A DNA stretch of 64,000 bases from Octopus vulgaris. Lineage: Eukaryota. The notes beneath the pieces were generated by a model. It was not told the DNA's origin and made no database searches. It was given only the letters and a program-made list of their open reading frames with translations. Positions 30,061 through 43,040 of this stretch are shown here, one piece after another; position 1 is the stretch's first letter, and the number at the start of each line of letters is the position of its first letter. The DNA lies in contig OX597822.1 of NCBI GenBank assembly GCA_951406725.2, positions 64,604,001-64,668,000 on the forward strand, written 5' to 3'. The position numbers were made by a program, and so were the translations under genes.

Positions 30061-30615
30061 CATTGCTTTTTAAAAAGCGATGTATTCTGTCGCATGCGTC
30101 ACACTGTACAGAAGGCTGACTGAAGATATGCGTTTGGTGAGTAACTGAACATTTTACCAAGTCGAAAGTCATTCATTCAGCGATACTCGCAAGAAAACTT
30201 TCGACCGTTTCTTTTATGATATATCACACGAGGCATCGATTATCCTTGATACATTTTTGCAGACTCACGTATGTTTACGAAGATCTGACAGCAATTCTAA
30301 GAACAAAGGCTAACTCTACGGTAGTACCTTGATTGAATTTTTTTTTAATATGCGAAAGCATGGCAGTGTACTTAAGAGGTTGGCTTGCAGCCCGTCTTTT
30401 GCGGGTTCAGCTCCAATGAGCAGCACTTGGGACAAATGTCTTCTGCTATAGTGCCGGACCGACCTATGTTCTGTGAATTTTATTTGGTAAACGGAAACTG
30501 TGTGAGAGTAAGAACGAAGCTTAAAAAATAAGTAGAGGGGTGGATTCTTACGAATGAAAGTTCTTCAATGCGAGCCCCAACATGGCTGCAGTCTAATGAC
30601 CGAAATAAATAAAAG

Positions 30616-30665
<50 letters not shown>

Positions 30666-31107
30666 ATCTATCTATCTATCTATCTATTTATCTATCTATA
30701 TCAGATCCAAGGATCGAGGTATAGGAAGAATCCTCTGCAAGCAATCCGTAGAAAATATAAAAGACATCTTTCAGGGACAGTAGTGGTTTATTGAGAAGGA
30801 TGGCTGTGGGTCTTTGTCGGCCAGGATTATCGGGCATGCGAATAAGAATACAAGAGTTAAGGAACGGAGTAGATAAGATCCGGACTACACGTGTTTCGTA
30901 ACCAGCAGAATATCGGAAGTGGTAAATATCCAAGCGAGGTGTACACCGCAAGCTAAACCAATATTACATCGTCTTTTCCTGTCGTAGGTGGCATAGGGTT
31001 AAGTGTTTATTTAATCATGTCTTTATATTTGCAAACATCTCGTGTCTTAGTCTAGTCAGGTTCAGCAGAAGCAGATGCAAGCTATACCTGCTCGTATTAT
31101 GGACTAG

Positions 31108-31423
31108 GTGGAGGCGCAATGGCCCAGTGGTTAGGACAGCGAACTCACGGTTTCAATTCCCAGACCGGGCGTTGTGTGTGTTTATTGAGTAAAAACACCT
31201 ATAGCTTCATAAGGCTCCGGCAGTGGGTGTGGCGACCCCTGTTGTACTCTTTCACCCCAACTTACGCTCACTCTTTCTTCCTGTTTCTTGAGTAACGCTG
31301 CGATGGGCTGGCGTCCTGTCAAGCTGGTGGGGTGGACACATACGCCATAGAAATCGGGAAACCGGGCCCATGAGCCTGGCTAGGCTTGAAAAGGGCACAT
31401 AAATAAAATAAAATAAAATAAAA
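31108..31423 (+). mobile_element. tRNA-derived SINE family C (V-domain-like segment) with (TAAAA)n tail
   Basis: ggaggcgcaatggcccagtggttag head; gcgatgggctggcgtcctgtc resembles the V-SINE domain; related to 43041, 46986 and 57796. Confidence 0.8.
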
Positions 31424-31844
31424 TTATGGACTAGATTTTTGAAAACTATGGGAGGGTTTTTAAACGTATACAATATAAGTTTTTCATGAGGTTTCCTATA
31501 TAACATTTGTTTGTCGTTACATTGTGAGTAGTATGTAAAACACTTACAATGCGTATACATATGTGTATATGTGTGTGAGTGTGTATAAAACAAATGGGGT
31601 TCACATGACTAACACTATAATTTCTAATGCAATGAAAACTCTGTTATGAAGGCAAATATGATATCTACTCATTTCTGAGATTTATACAATCGTATCGATA
31701 TTATAAAATATACATAGTTTGAGAAGCATGTTCATACATACATACATACACACATACTTACATACATACATACATACATACATACGTACGTACATACATG
31801 CATAGAAACACGTACAAACACGTGTGTATATACACACAAACACG

Positions 31845-31885
<41 letters not shown>

Positions 31886-32290
31886 ATGTATGTATGCATG
31901 TATATTTTATTTGGATTATATGCTCATGAGCAGAGGTACACCGACACGCACGCAAACAATAACGCATGCAAACGTACACGGACGCGTATTTGCATGTATT
32001 TGATTCGGTAAATATCAGGGGGTCATAGACCAAATGTCAGGAAGTATTTATGCAAATGTCGGTCAACTCAATAGAAATACTAGGGAACAAAACAACAACA
32101 TCAACCAAAAATACTTAAAAAAAAAGCAACAACAATATTTTTCTACTATTCTTTTATTTTTGTTTTGTGTGCAGGGAGACAGCCATTGGGGACATGAATT
32201 TAGCTGATATAAATGTCGAAAAGTTGCAGTATTTGAGATGTCATTCGTCAAATACCCCTGCCGTTCTATTCTTAAAGATGAATGCAACGG

Positions 32291-32489
32291 GTCGTCATCA
32301 TCGTCGTCGTCAACGTCGTCATCGTCGTCATCGTCGTCATCATCACCACTATCATCATCTTCATCATCATCGTCATCAGCACATGCAGCAGCAGCAGCAG
32401 CACCAGCACCACCACCGACACCACCACCGGCATCGTCGTCATCGCCGCCGCCGCCACCACCAGCACTACCACCGTCGTCGTCGTCGTCG

Positions 32490-32523
<34 letters not shown>

Positions 32524-32526
32524 AAC

Positions 32527-32579
<53 letters not shown>

Positions 32580-32597
32580 CCACCACCATAGTCGTCG

Positions 32598-32637
<40 letters not shown>

Positions 32638-32700
32638 CAGCAGCATCATCATCATCACCACCACCACTACAACCACCACCATCATCATCATCATCATAAC
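32291..32700. repeat. (CAT/CGT/CAC/CAG)n trinucleotide region
   Basis: Directly visible; the poly-His ORF is a by-product. Confidence 0.95.
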
Positions 32701-33076
32701 GATCGCCACGTTCTCGCTGTCCTCGTCGTCGCCGCCGCCATCGCTTGTTGTTCGTTGTTTTTGTTGCTCTGTTTTGTTATTGTTTATGATTTCTTTTCGT
32801 TTTCAGTGTTATTGTTGCTGATGCCATTGTTATTTGTCGTTAATATCATTAGAGCAATTATTACATTTCTTTGACACGCATTATTATATTAGTTTGAGAA
32901 GCACGCACACACACACACACTCTCACACACACTCTCTCTCACACACACACATTCAGAGTTACATGGCATATTTCAATACAACGTCAGCATTGTACCTTGG
33001 GGGTCAATGGTTGTTTCACCCGTATGTAGGTGACCCGACGGAAGGTGATCAAGGATGGGCCTATGTCCAAGCGGCA

Positions 33077-33305
33077 TTCTTATTTCTTTACTGCCCACAA
33101 GGGTCTACACACAGAGGGGACAAACAAGGACAGACAAACGGATTAAGTCGATTATATCGAAACCAGTGCGTAACTGGTACTTATTTAATCGACCCCGAAA
33201 GGATGAAAGGCAAAGTCGACCTCAGCGGAATTTGAACTCAGAACGTAGCGGCAGACGAAATACTGTTAAGCATTTCGCTCGGCGTGCTAACTTTTCTGGC
33301 AATTC
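33077..33305 (-). mobile_element. SINE family A monomer
   Basis: Tail-to-head match to the family. Confidence 0.88.
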
Positions 33306-33566
33306 GTCACGGATTGCCATCCAGATGCTTTCTCAATAGTCTCTGCATTGTGCCTGATGTCTCTTCTTTTGGGTTTCATAGGCCTTACTTAGTGTAAGAC
33401 CGGCAAATCTTCGACACCATCCTATACACACACATACACACTCAGACACAGACACACGCACAGATTTATCAACGGATACGCACACACATATACATACACA
33501 CATACATGCACATGTATATCTATATACATCTATATACACATACACACAAAAAGACATATATATATA

Positions 33567-33800
33567 TATTTCTTTACTACCCACAAGGGGCTAAACACAG
33601 AGGAGACAAACAAGGACAGACAAATGGATTAAGTCGATTACGTCGACCCTAGTGCGTAACTGGTACCTAATTTATCGACCCCGAAAGGATGAAAGGCAAA
33701 GTCGACCTCGGCGGAATTTGAACTCAGAACGTAACGACAGACGAAATACGGCTACGCATTTCGGCCGGCGTGCTAACGTTTCTGCCAGCTCGCCGCCTTA
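33567..33800 (-). mobile_element. SINE family A monomer
   Basis: Ends tgctaacgtttctgccagctcgccgcc (reverse complement of the head). Confidence 0.9.
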
Positions 33801-33877
33801 CATATATATATATGTGTGTGTGTGTGTATGTGTGTGAGTGTGTGTGTGAGTGTGTGTGTGTGCGCGTGTGTGTGTGT

Positions 33878-34211
33878 GAAGGCGCATGGCTTAGCGGTTA
33901 GAGCGTGGAGCTTACGAGTGAGGTTGTGAGTTCGAATCCCGGACCAGGCTGCGTGTTGTGTTCTTGAGCAAGACACTTTATTTCATGTTGTTGCAGTTCA
34001 CTCAGCTGTAGAAATGAGTTGCGACATCACTGGTGCCAAGCCGTATCGGCCTTTGCCTTTCCCTTGGATAACATTGGTAGCGTGGAGAGAGGGGGTCGGT
34101 ATGCATGAGTGACTGCTGGTCTTCTATAAACAACCTTGCCCGGACTTGAGCCTGGGAGGGTAACTTTCTTGGTGCAATCCCAAAGTCACTCATGACCGAA
34201 GGGGGTCTCTC
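33878..34211 (+). mobile_element. tRNA-derived SINE family D (CORE-like central domain)
   Basis: ggcgcatggcttagcggttag (A box), gagttcgaatccc (B box), ttgagcaagacactttatttca..cagttcactcagctgtagaaatg; second copy at 55571-55876. Confidence 0.85.
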
Positions 34212-34453
34212 ATATATATATATATATAAATTAGAAAAAAAACACCTTAAATCAATTCAAAATGAACAATTAAATTACACCATCTAGAAAATTACATATA
34301 ATAGAAATATTAAATATAAAATAACAATAATATATATTAAAAAGGTGGTTCTTTTCTAATCTTTATATATATATTATATTTTGTGAAATTTGATTTAGTA
34401 TTTCTAAATTGAATTTTTCCCTGTAAGTTAGGAATAATATTCCCTTAAATTAT

Positions 34454-34532
<79 letters not shown>

Positions 34533-34550
34533 CATACATACATACATACA

Positions 34551-34582
<32 letters not shown>

Positions 34583-35205
34583 CATATATATATATATATA
34601 TATATGTGTGTATATACGTATACATGTTTATATCGAGCTGTGCCGATATAAGTTAGGGTAAATATCGTAATAATATATATTCAAATGGTGTTTTAAGGTA
34701 GCGACCGAGTAGTGCTAAGAGAACTCAAGATCTTAAACTCCTAATTCCTCATCAGGTTGTTGTAAATGAAAGGTAGAAATGTTGGCAAGAAGAACGAATA
34801 ATATTGAGGGGCTATAGAATGCAAAAGATAGCCAAACAATAATGCCTGTAAGGAACGTATTTATATGAAAACGCGCGTGTACAAATTACAAGATTTAGTA
34901 AAGTCATATCTCTACAGCTGTTTCGAATACTCGACGACTGTATACGAAAGCCTGTGCAATATCATCTTCTGAACAGAATGCAGGGACTCTGCAGCATCGA
35001 ACTGTAAATATCAGCAGTTGATACATTTTCATTTGCTGTAACCTTTACATACAATGTTGCCTTAATATTGCACGTGCTTGCATAATATGCATTGTTATAT
35101 CAATCGGTCGTCGGCTTCTCGAAACAGCTGTGGAGCTACGACTTGAATGCATCATGTATATTGTACACTCAACTTTCCGTATCAATACATTCCAGATATC
35201 AGTTG

Positions 35206-35510
<305 letters not shown>

Positions 35511-35681
35511 TTCACGTGCCATCTGTATAAATTTCTCTCTTTTCTCTCCATTCCTAATCTAGTAATGTTCTATAAAGAAAAGAAAAAAAAATAACTCCAT
35601 GACTTTCCTCCACACTATAGTTATCGGCATCATTCACGAGATGTCACTTCATAAACTATTGAATTAATGAGACGTAATTTG

Positions 35682-35730
35682 AGTCATGCTGATGAGTTGC
35701 ATAAGTAATGAAATAGTACTCTACATGATT
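35682..35730 (+). ncRNA. Compact type I hammerhead ribozyme, near intact
   Basis: agtcatg-CUGAUGA-gttgc ataa gtaat-GAAA-t agtact c-UA-catgatt; 7-bp stem I, 5-bp stem II, palindromic AGTACT in stem III, one mismatch at 35714. Confidence 0.78.
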
Positions 35731-36007
35731 AACAACAACTAGATATGCTAAGAACTTCGTAGTAGGTAAACCGAAAGAAATTAAATATGTGAACAATATA
35801 CATCTTTTTCCTTATAATTCCTTAATTTCAATTTCAAATTTATACTCATGCTTCATGCTTTGACGAAATCATTATCCTCTCTATAAGAGCTTCGACCGTT
35901 AGGGATACCACATGTCCATATATATCTGTATACATACATACACATGTGCACGTACAAACACACAAACTGTAGCTCTTGTACCCAGTCCAACACACCTACA
36001 GTACAGT

Positions 36008-36067
<60 letters not shown>

Positions 36068-36119
36068 GTGAATGGAAGAAATGGAGTTGAACGAAGATTG
36101 CACAGAATTCCTTTTATTA

Positions 36120-36203
36120 CATTCTACACATGTTTCAAAGGCCACAATTTTCCAAATTCTGATTAAATAAGGATACCATATTGCAGCTTTCTCTTCAGGA
36201 AAA
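36120..36203 (-). ncRNA. Type I hammerhead ribozyme (left-arm copy)
   Basis: Minus strand: ttc-CUGAAGA-gaaagctgcaat..attgtggccttt-GAAA-c atgt g-UA-gaa. Confidence 0.7.
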
Positions 36204-37379
36204 ACCAGGAATTACGTTGTCAGAACAAAACAAAACAAAAGCGCAGCAAAGCAATTCGAACGAGGACGCTCCTTAAGAGCCCATGGGTAAAATGTTTATC
36301 AATGTACGTTGGAATAAATCAAGGTCAGGCCGCGGTCAAATCTAGTAGGTGAGGAATTAATGAGAACAAGGGGTGTGGAGATGTTCTGTGTGACCAAAGT
36401 TAATGTTCTGAATATTTTAAGAATTCAGGGTGTATTTTTTAGGTGCGAGACAATACCTACCTAAAAGCATGTGTGTGTATACTAGCCTATGTGTGCGCCG
36501 CCGTATGTTGGCGAGGGGCGCTAGATAATGAGCACTGCTGAAAAAAGCGTGTCAGGCGGCTGAAATAATTGTGTTCGTGTGTCCGTCTGTGGCCTGCTTG
36601 TCTAAAAATTATCCTCGTCAAAGAATCAGGGGGGTATATAATTCCAGCGCTTGCTTCTAAAAAAACGACCAATCGCCTAATGGGAGTAATTTCCCCTTGC
36701 AAGTGTTATTCAGAGATTTAAAAAATTTTTTTTCCAAAATTTATTTTCATTTTAATAGGGTATCAAGGTGTTAATTGTCTTAGGTATCATTTATATGTAA
36801 GAAACGTATGACGCCGCCAATGGGGACATCGAAAAGCAGTCTGTAAAACCCCGTTTACCGTTTGGTAAACGGGCGTTTTTTTTAGAAGCAAGCGCTGGAA
36901 TTATATACCCCCCTGATTCTTTGACGAGGATAATTTTTAGACAAGCAGGCCACAGACGGACACACGAACACAGAATTATTTCAGCCGCCTGACAGGCTTT
37001 TTTCAGCAGTGCTCATTATCTAGCGCCCCTCGCCAACATACGGCGGCGCACACATAGGCTAGTATACACACACATGCTTTTAGGTAGATATTGTCTTGCA
37101 CCTAAAAAATACACCCTGAATTCTTAAAATATTCAGAACATTAACTTTGGTCACACAGAACATCTCCACACCCCTTGTTCTCATTAATTCCTCACCTACT
37201 AGATTTGACCGCGGCCTGACCTTGATTTATTCCAACGGACCTTTTTGTCGGCCCCCACCAACCCCCGATTTCAACGTACATTGATAAACATTTTACCCAT
37301 GGGCTCTTAGGGAGCGTCCTCGTTCGAATTGCTTTGCTGCGCTTTTGTTTTGTTTTGTTCTGACAACGTAATTCCTGGT

Positions 37380-37463
37380 TATTCCTGAAGAGAAAGTTGC
37401 AATATGGTATCCTTATTTAATCAGAATTTTGAAAATTGTGGCCTTTGAAACATGTGTAGAATG
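37380..37463 (+). ncRNA. Type I hammerhead ribozyme (right-arm copy)
   Basis: tattc-CUGAAGA(37385-91)-gaaagttgcaat..attgtggccttt-GAAA(37447-50)-c atgt g-UA(37457-58)-gaatg; palindromic ACATGT; AATAAA 37465-70. Confidence 0.75.
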
Positions 37464-37669
37464 TAATAAAAGGAATTCTGTGCAATCTTCGTTCAACTCC
37501 ATTTCTTCCATTCACTAATTATATTAAACTTCAATTATCCACGCCAACGCACGGCTGCAACACCATATGGTCATATCTCCAACCGTGTTTTTTCTGCTGT
37601 GATTTTTGCTACCCAGGTATCGGTTAAACTTTTGAATAATCCGTAACAAGATAATTCATCTTTCCATTT

Positions 37670-37736
<67 letters not shown>

Positions 37737-38129
37737 TGTATGTATGTATGTATGTATGTATGTATGTATGTATGTATGTATGTATGCATGTATATATGTA
37801 TGTATGTTGTTTGTTGCTGCATCTGCTCTGCTCTTTAAACGTTTCCGCTTTTTTTTCCCAGGCAGAGGAAGACAAGAATATATTTACATCGAGGAAGAAA
37901 CCTGACCGTGCTAATGTTTATACAATGTTTATAGATGTGCACATCAGATGCAGCTCAATAATTGTTCATTTTCCGCTGCAACTACACAGTCTTACAAACC
38001 AGCGCATCCTGGACAACGATTACTACCGGCCATAAAATCTCTTCACAATCATACCGGACATTCTAGTCTAGCTTTCATTGTCACATATAATATTTAGCCA
38101 AATGCAACTTGGCTCTGGTGGTCATTGCG

Positions 38130-38173
38130 TTGGCCTTTGCTGCCGTTGACGATGTTATTGGGCTTGTGTGCCG

Positions 38174-38204
<31 letters not shown>

Positions 38205-39900
38205 CGATGTTATTGTGTTTGTGTCGGTGATGTTGGTGCTGTTGTATCGTCCGCGATAATGTCGGTTCTATTGTTCTGTTTATGTTGTTATTGCTGTGGT
38301 TTTAATGTTGTTAGTTGTTGTAGTTGTAGTTATAATGTTATTGATTGTGGTGGTAATGGTGGTGGTAGTGGGGTGATAGCTGTGGTGGTAATGGTTGTGA
38401 TGGTGATGATGACTGTGGTGGCAGTGGAGGTTGTGGTGGTGGTAATGGCTGTGGTGGTGGTCATGGCTGTGGTGGTGGTGGGATGGTTGTGGTGGTGGGG
38501 GTGGTATGGTGATCGAATGGTGATGGTTATAATATTATATATAGTGGTAGTAGTTGTGGCGGTGGTGGTGTTAGTGGTTATTTTTGTGGTGATAAAGTGT
38601 TATTGATAGTGGTATAGTGTGGCGGTGGTGGTGAGAGCCATTATTGTTGTAGTAAGATTTTAGCCCCGGGTCGATCACAGTTATGATCAAAAGCATTTAA
38701 ATGATGACTATCCCGTCCGTCTTGAAATATGTAGATGTACACTCTCTAAGGTGACACGCCCTTATAGAAGACAGTAAGGTATGCTTGAGGGAAATTTTGT
38801 TACTTTTTCTAGCAGGTCGAGTACTTAAAGGCTACTTACGCATTTTTAGATGTGATGGTGGTTGTAGTGTATTTATTGTATTTATAGGTGCTGTTGATGT
38901 TGTTGTACTTGCGTGTAGTTTAGCTTAAGGTCAGCATTGAGCGTAAGCTAACGATCAAGCACATTCCAAACGTGACCATCTTGTAGACTGCGTCATCTAA
39001 AGTTCCTGTAATTTTTGAACAGTAGGGTGAAATTTGAAGGTGATCTTGGCTCCTATTTCTAGCAGGTCGAGTAATTGCGTAATAGCAGATGGTATTGGCA
39101 ATGGTAGTGGCTATAATTGTGATGTTGTGGTTGGGTCGTAGTGGTGGGGGTAAAGGTTGCGGTGTTTATTGGTGGCGGTGTTAAGAGCGGGATGAGGTCA
39201 TTGTGGAAGAGTTATCGCTGGTGATGGTGGTAAGTGGTGGTTGAGGTGGTGGCTGTGGTGGTGGTTGTGGTGGTAGTGGTGATATCGGTGGTGGTGGTGG
39301 TGCTGATGATATAGGCGGTTGTGGTGACGGTAGTGTTGGCGCTATTGGTTAAACGGGTGATAATGTAGATCACGGAAGTGCTATCTGTGGTTGCGTTCCC
39401 TTTTGATATTGTAGTTGTTGGTGGTGGTCGTGGTGATATTGACCATGGTGGGGCGTACTGGTGACATTGGTGGTGGTGGGGATGGTGAAAGTGGTGGCAA
39501 GTGAGAATATTAGCGGTGGTGATATTGTGGGTATTATTGGTGGTGGTGATGATGGTGGTGGTGGTGGTGGTGGTGGTGGGGTGATGATGGTGGTGGAGGT
39601 GGTGGCAAGTCATAATATTTAGCAGTGGTGGTGATATCGTTGGTTGCTGCGCTATTAATGGAAAAGATGATGCTATAGATGGCATGACAGCTCTAGATAG
39701 CGGAGGCTGTCTATGGCGGTGCTGGTGCGTATATTGAAGCTGATGTTGCCGATAGTGTAGTTCGTAACGTGGAGTCGGTGTTGATGTTCGTGCTGATGGT
39801 GGTGGTGGTGGTGGTGGTGGTGGTGGTGACGGTGTTGGCGGAGATGCGGATGGCCGGTCCTAAGAACGATGATGGCGAATGTGTGGTATTTGCACATTTT
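38130..39900. repeat. Degenerate (GTT/GGT/GAT)n low-complexity region with two old repeat fragments (38660-38825, 38920-39075)
   Basis: Visible GGT-rich runs; shared tttctagcaggtcgagta motif. Confidence 0.85.
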
Positions 39901-40562
39901 TGTATAGGGTTGGGTTTGGGGGTGGGGAGAAAGTTACTAAAGAACGTTGATTGTCCTACGGCTGATGGTCAATCAATGTGAAGTGGTTAATGGCTAGCAC
40001 GACGGTAGGGGATTGAGGGGCTGTGGTAGTTTTTCTTATGTAGAGATCTCTGATGGTGGTGGTGGTGGTGGTGCTGGTGGTGGCGGTGGCGGTAATGGAG
40101 ACGAGAATTTTCAGTGATGATGCAAGTAAATGAAGAAATACAATAGTGTATTTCTTAGCCGATGATCGTCTGTACGTCCCTTTTCGCTTACATCGAGCTG
40201 ACCCCTTTTATATTCCTAAAACTCGACGGGCAAGCTGACTGGTTTGGTGGCTGGTTGATTTGGATAGCTGGTTGGTTGGTTGGTTGGTTGGTACGTTCAC
40301 TGGTTTCTTCCCTTCTTTCCTTTCTTCAGGTTTTCCGGTTTTTTTTCCCTTCCTATTTTAATTTGATTTTTTTCCCTTGCTTTCTCTCAAACTACAGTTT
40401 TCATGTCCAAGGTTCTCACTTTCCTTCTGTCTCTCTTTCTTTCTATTTTACACGTGGGAAATTTGACTGGCGACTGTTGGTGCTGCCACCTACGGTTGCT
40501 TTCGGGGTAAGAGACAGAGAGAAAGAGAGTTTGCTAAGGTATAGAGAACAAGATTCATCAAC

Positions 40563-41134
40563 TTAGTCTTTCTTTTCGTTCTTTCATTCTTTCTTTCTTT
40601 CTCTCTTCCTTTCTTTCTTCCTTTCTTTCTTTCTTTCTGTCTTTCTTTCTTTCTTTCTGTCTTTCTTTCTTCCTTATTTCCTTCCTCCATCCCTCCCTTT
40701 CTTTCTTTCTGTCTTGCCTCCTTTCTTCCTTTTACATCTCTATCTTTCTTCCTTCCTTCCTTCCTTCCTTCCTTCCTTCCTTCCTTCCCTTTCTTTCTTT
40801 CTTTCTTTCTGTCTTCCTCTTTCTTTCTTCCTTCCTTCCTTCCTTCCTTCCTTCCTTCCTTCCTTCCTTCCTTCCTTCCTCCCTTTCTTTCTTTCCTTCT
40901 TTCTTCATTTCTTCCCTTTCTTCTTTCTTTTTTCCTTTCTTTCTTTCTTTCTTTCTTTCATTCTACCTTTCTTTCTTCTTTCCTTCCTTTCTTTCTGTCT
41001 TCCTTCCTTCCTTTCTGTCTTCTTCCTTCCTTTCTTTCTGTCTTCCTTCCTTTCTTTCTGCCTTCCTTCCTTCCTTCCTTCCTTTCTTTCTTTCTTTCTT
41101 CATTTCTTTCTTTTCTCTTTCTTTATTCTTCATT

Positions 41135-41192
<58 letters not shown>

Positions 41193-41370
41193 TTCCTTCC
41201 TTCTGTCCTTCCTTCCTTCATCCCTCCCTCCCTCCCTTTCTTTCTTTTTCTTTCTTTCCCTCTTTCTACCTTCCTTCCTTCCTTCCTTCCTTCCTTCCTT
41301 CCTTCTTTCTTTTTCTTTCTTCCCCTCTTTCTTTCTTCCTTCCTTCCTTCCTTCCTTCCATCCTTTCTAT
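40563..41370 (+). repeat. ~800-bp polypyrimidine (TTCC/TTTC)n tract
   Basis: Almost purine-free on the + strand. Confidence 0.97.
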
Positions 41371-41798
41371 CTGTCTATTTTACTACATCGCGGTTTCTCT
41401 TTATATTCGACTGTCTCGCATATTTCGTATCTCGCTCTCTCTCTCTCTCTCTCTCTCACTCTCTCGGCCTGTCTCTCCCAATTAGTGTCTCTCCTCTTCT
41501 CCTTCGAAGACACTCATACAAACACACGCGCGCGCACACAAACACACACTCTCACATACAAAGACAGATGTATACATAATGGAAACCTCTTATAATGAAG
41601 GATAATGTTATCAAACGATTGTTTTTTATTTCATAAGGATCCATCATTTAAAAGTGGTCACAATAAACAAACTCCACTACACACACACGCACGCACACTC
41701 ACACACACACATACACACACACATACACACGAACGTACATGCACGCAGAAACACGCATACATACACACACAGACCCACACATGTGATATATTATTCTC

Positions 41799-42230
41799 AT
41801 CTTTTACTTGTTTCAGTCATTAGACTGCGGCAATGCTGAGGCATTGTTTTGAAGAATTTTAACCGAGCGAATCAAAACCAGTATTTATATATTTTTAAGA
41901 TTGGTGCTTATTCTGTCGGTCTCTTATGCCGAACCGCTATGTTACGGAGACGTAAACACACCAACTCCGGTTGTCAAGCGGTGGTCACACACACACCTAC
42001 ACACACATGCACACACACACATACATACATACAAGCACACACATATATGTGTGTGTATGTGTGTGTACGAAGGGCTTCTTTTAGTTTCCGTCTACGAAAT
42101 CCACTCACACGGCTTTGGCTGACCCGAGTCTATAGTAGATGACATATGCCCAAGATGTCACGCTGTGGGATTGAACCAAGAACCACGTGATCGGAAGCAA
42201 AATATTAATCACACAGCTACGTCTGTGCTT
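41799..42230 (-). mobile_element. SINE family B, diverged
   Basis: cttttacttgtttcagtcatt..gtttccgtctacgaaatccactcac. Confidence 0.8.
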
Positions 42231-42312
42231 ATACTAAAATGAATGTGTGTGTGTATGCATATATATATATGTGTGTGTGTGCATATATATATATATGAGC
42301 TGAAACTAGAGA

Positions 42313-42358
<46 letters not shown>

Positions 42359-42439
42359 CATAGTGGAGTTGTAAGGTACCGCACGAGTGGAATTATATAC
42401 GAAAGAAGATTTGAAAATGCAATTTTAAAAGATGTTTAT

Positions 42440-42484
42440 TTACTTTACCGGGTTCGCTCTTTAGAAAAATATTGTCAAAAGTAA
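42440..42484 (-). ncRNA. Degenerate type I hammerhead in a (TA)n-flanked insert (~42357-42720)
   Basis: Minus strand: ttactt-UUGACAA(~CUGACGA)-..-GAAC(~GAAA)-ccgg-UA-aagtaa, then AATAAA; perfect 6-bp stem I. Confidence 0.5.
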
Positions 42485-42784
42485 CATGTAAAAGTTTGGT
42501 TGTGTTAATTATTGGTTGTCACAAAATTCTACAATACATATATACAGTCTTTGGTAACAAGAACATGTTAAGGACATAAAAAGTTTAACAAGTTCATTAA
42601 AATATTGGGCACAAAAGATTACAACATAAATATACATTCTCAAGAAAATGTTAAAGATAGTTTCCAGAAGGAATTATTAAAAAGTTCTGTGGAATAATTG
42701 GTATTGTATCTGTATATTCATGCATACATATATACACTTATATTTAGGTATGTACATATATGTATATATATATGCATGTATTTA

Positions 42785-42854
<70 letters not shown>

Positions 42855-43040
42855 GTGTGTGTCTGTATAACTATCTATCTATATAAACTCTCTCTCCTTC
42901 ACACACACACATATGTACATATATATATATATGCACCTGTGAGAATGAATGTATGTGTATATGTAGGTAGGTAGGAATGTTTCGAAAGCTGAGTCGTTAC
43001 TCAATGTTTGCTGATCAGGCAAGTTTTAGGCCGAAATAAT

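Larger units (their letters stand above)
36061..37675. mobile_element. Fold-back Penelope-like non-autonomous element in (TA)n: ~610/650-bp inverted arms, 206-bp spacer, ~150-bp unique tail
   Basis: 36061-36667 is the reverse complement of 36874-37522 with few substitutions and one 39-bp indel (37238-37276); (TA)n on both flanks; hammerhead followed by AATAAA in each arm. Confidence 0.75.

Noticed and set aside
30115-30181. gctga-CUGAAGA..GAAA..tcagc hammerhead-like arrangement
   Set aside because: Stem I pairs, but no UH is in register and stem II is offset; too degenerate to call.
32167-32874. 235-aa His/Arg-rich ORF and other long low-complexity ORFs (1984-2577, 12993-13890, 40714-41595)
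   Set aside because: They are translations of stop-free microsatellites with no domain content.
33878-33950. tRNA-like sequences with A and B boxes
   Set aside because: SINE heads continuing into shared SINE bodies; no complete cloverleaf or terminator.
34230-34360. 19-bp imperfect inverted repeat attagaaaa..cacctt / aaggtgg..ttttctaat
   Set aside because: Very AT-rich and a single instance; MITE status cannot be supported.
37845-38035. Polypyrimidine-cag splice-acceptor-like site followed by an open frame (AEEDKNIFTSRKKPD..)
   Set aside because: No recognisable protein similarity or partner exons; needs RNA-seq.
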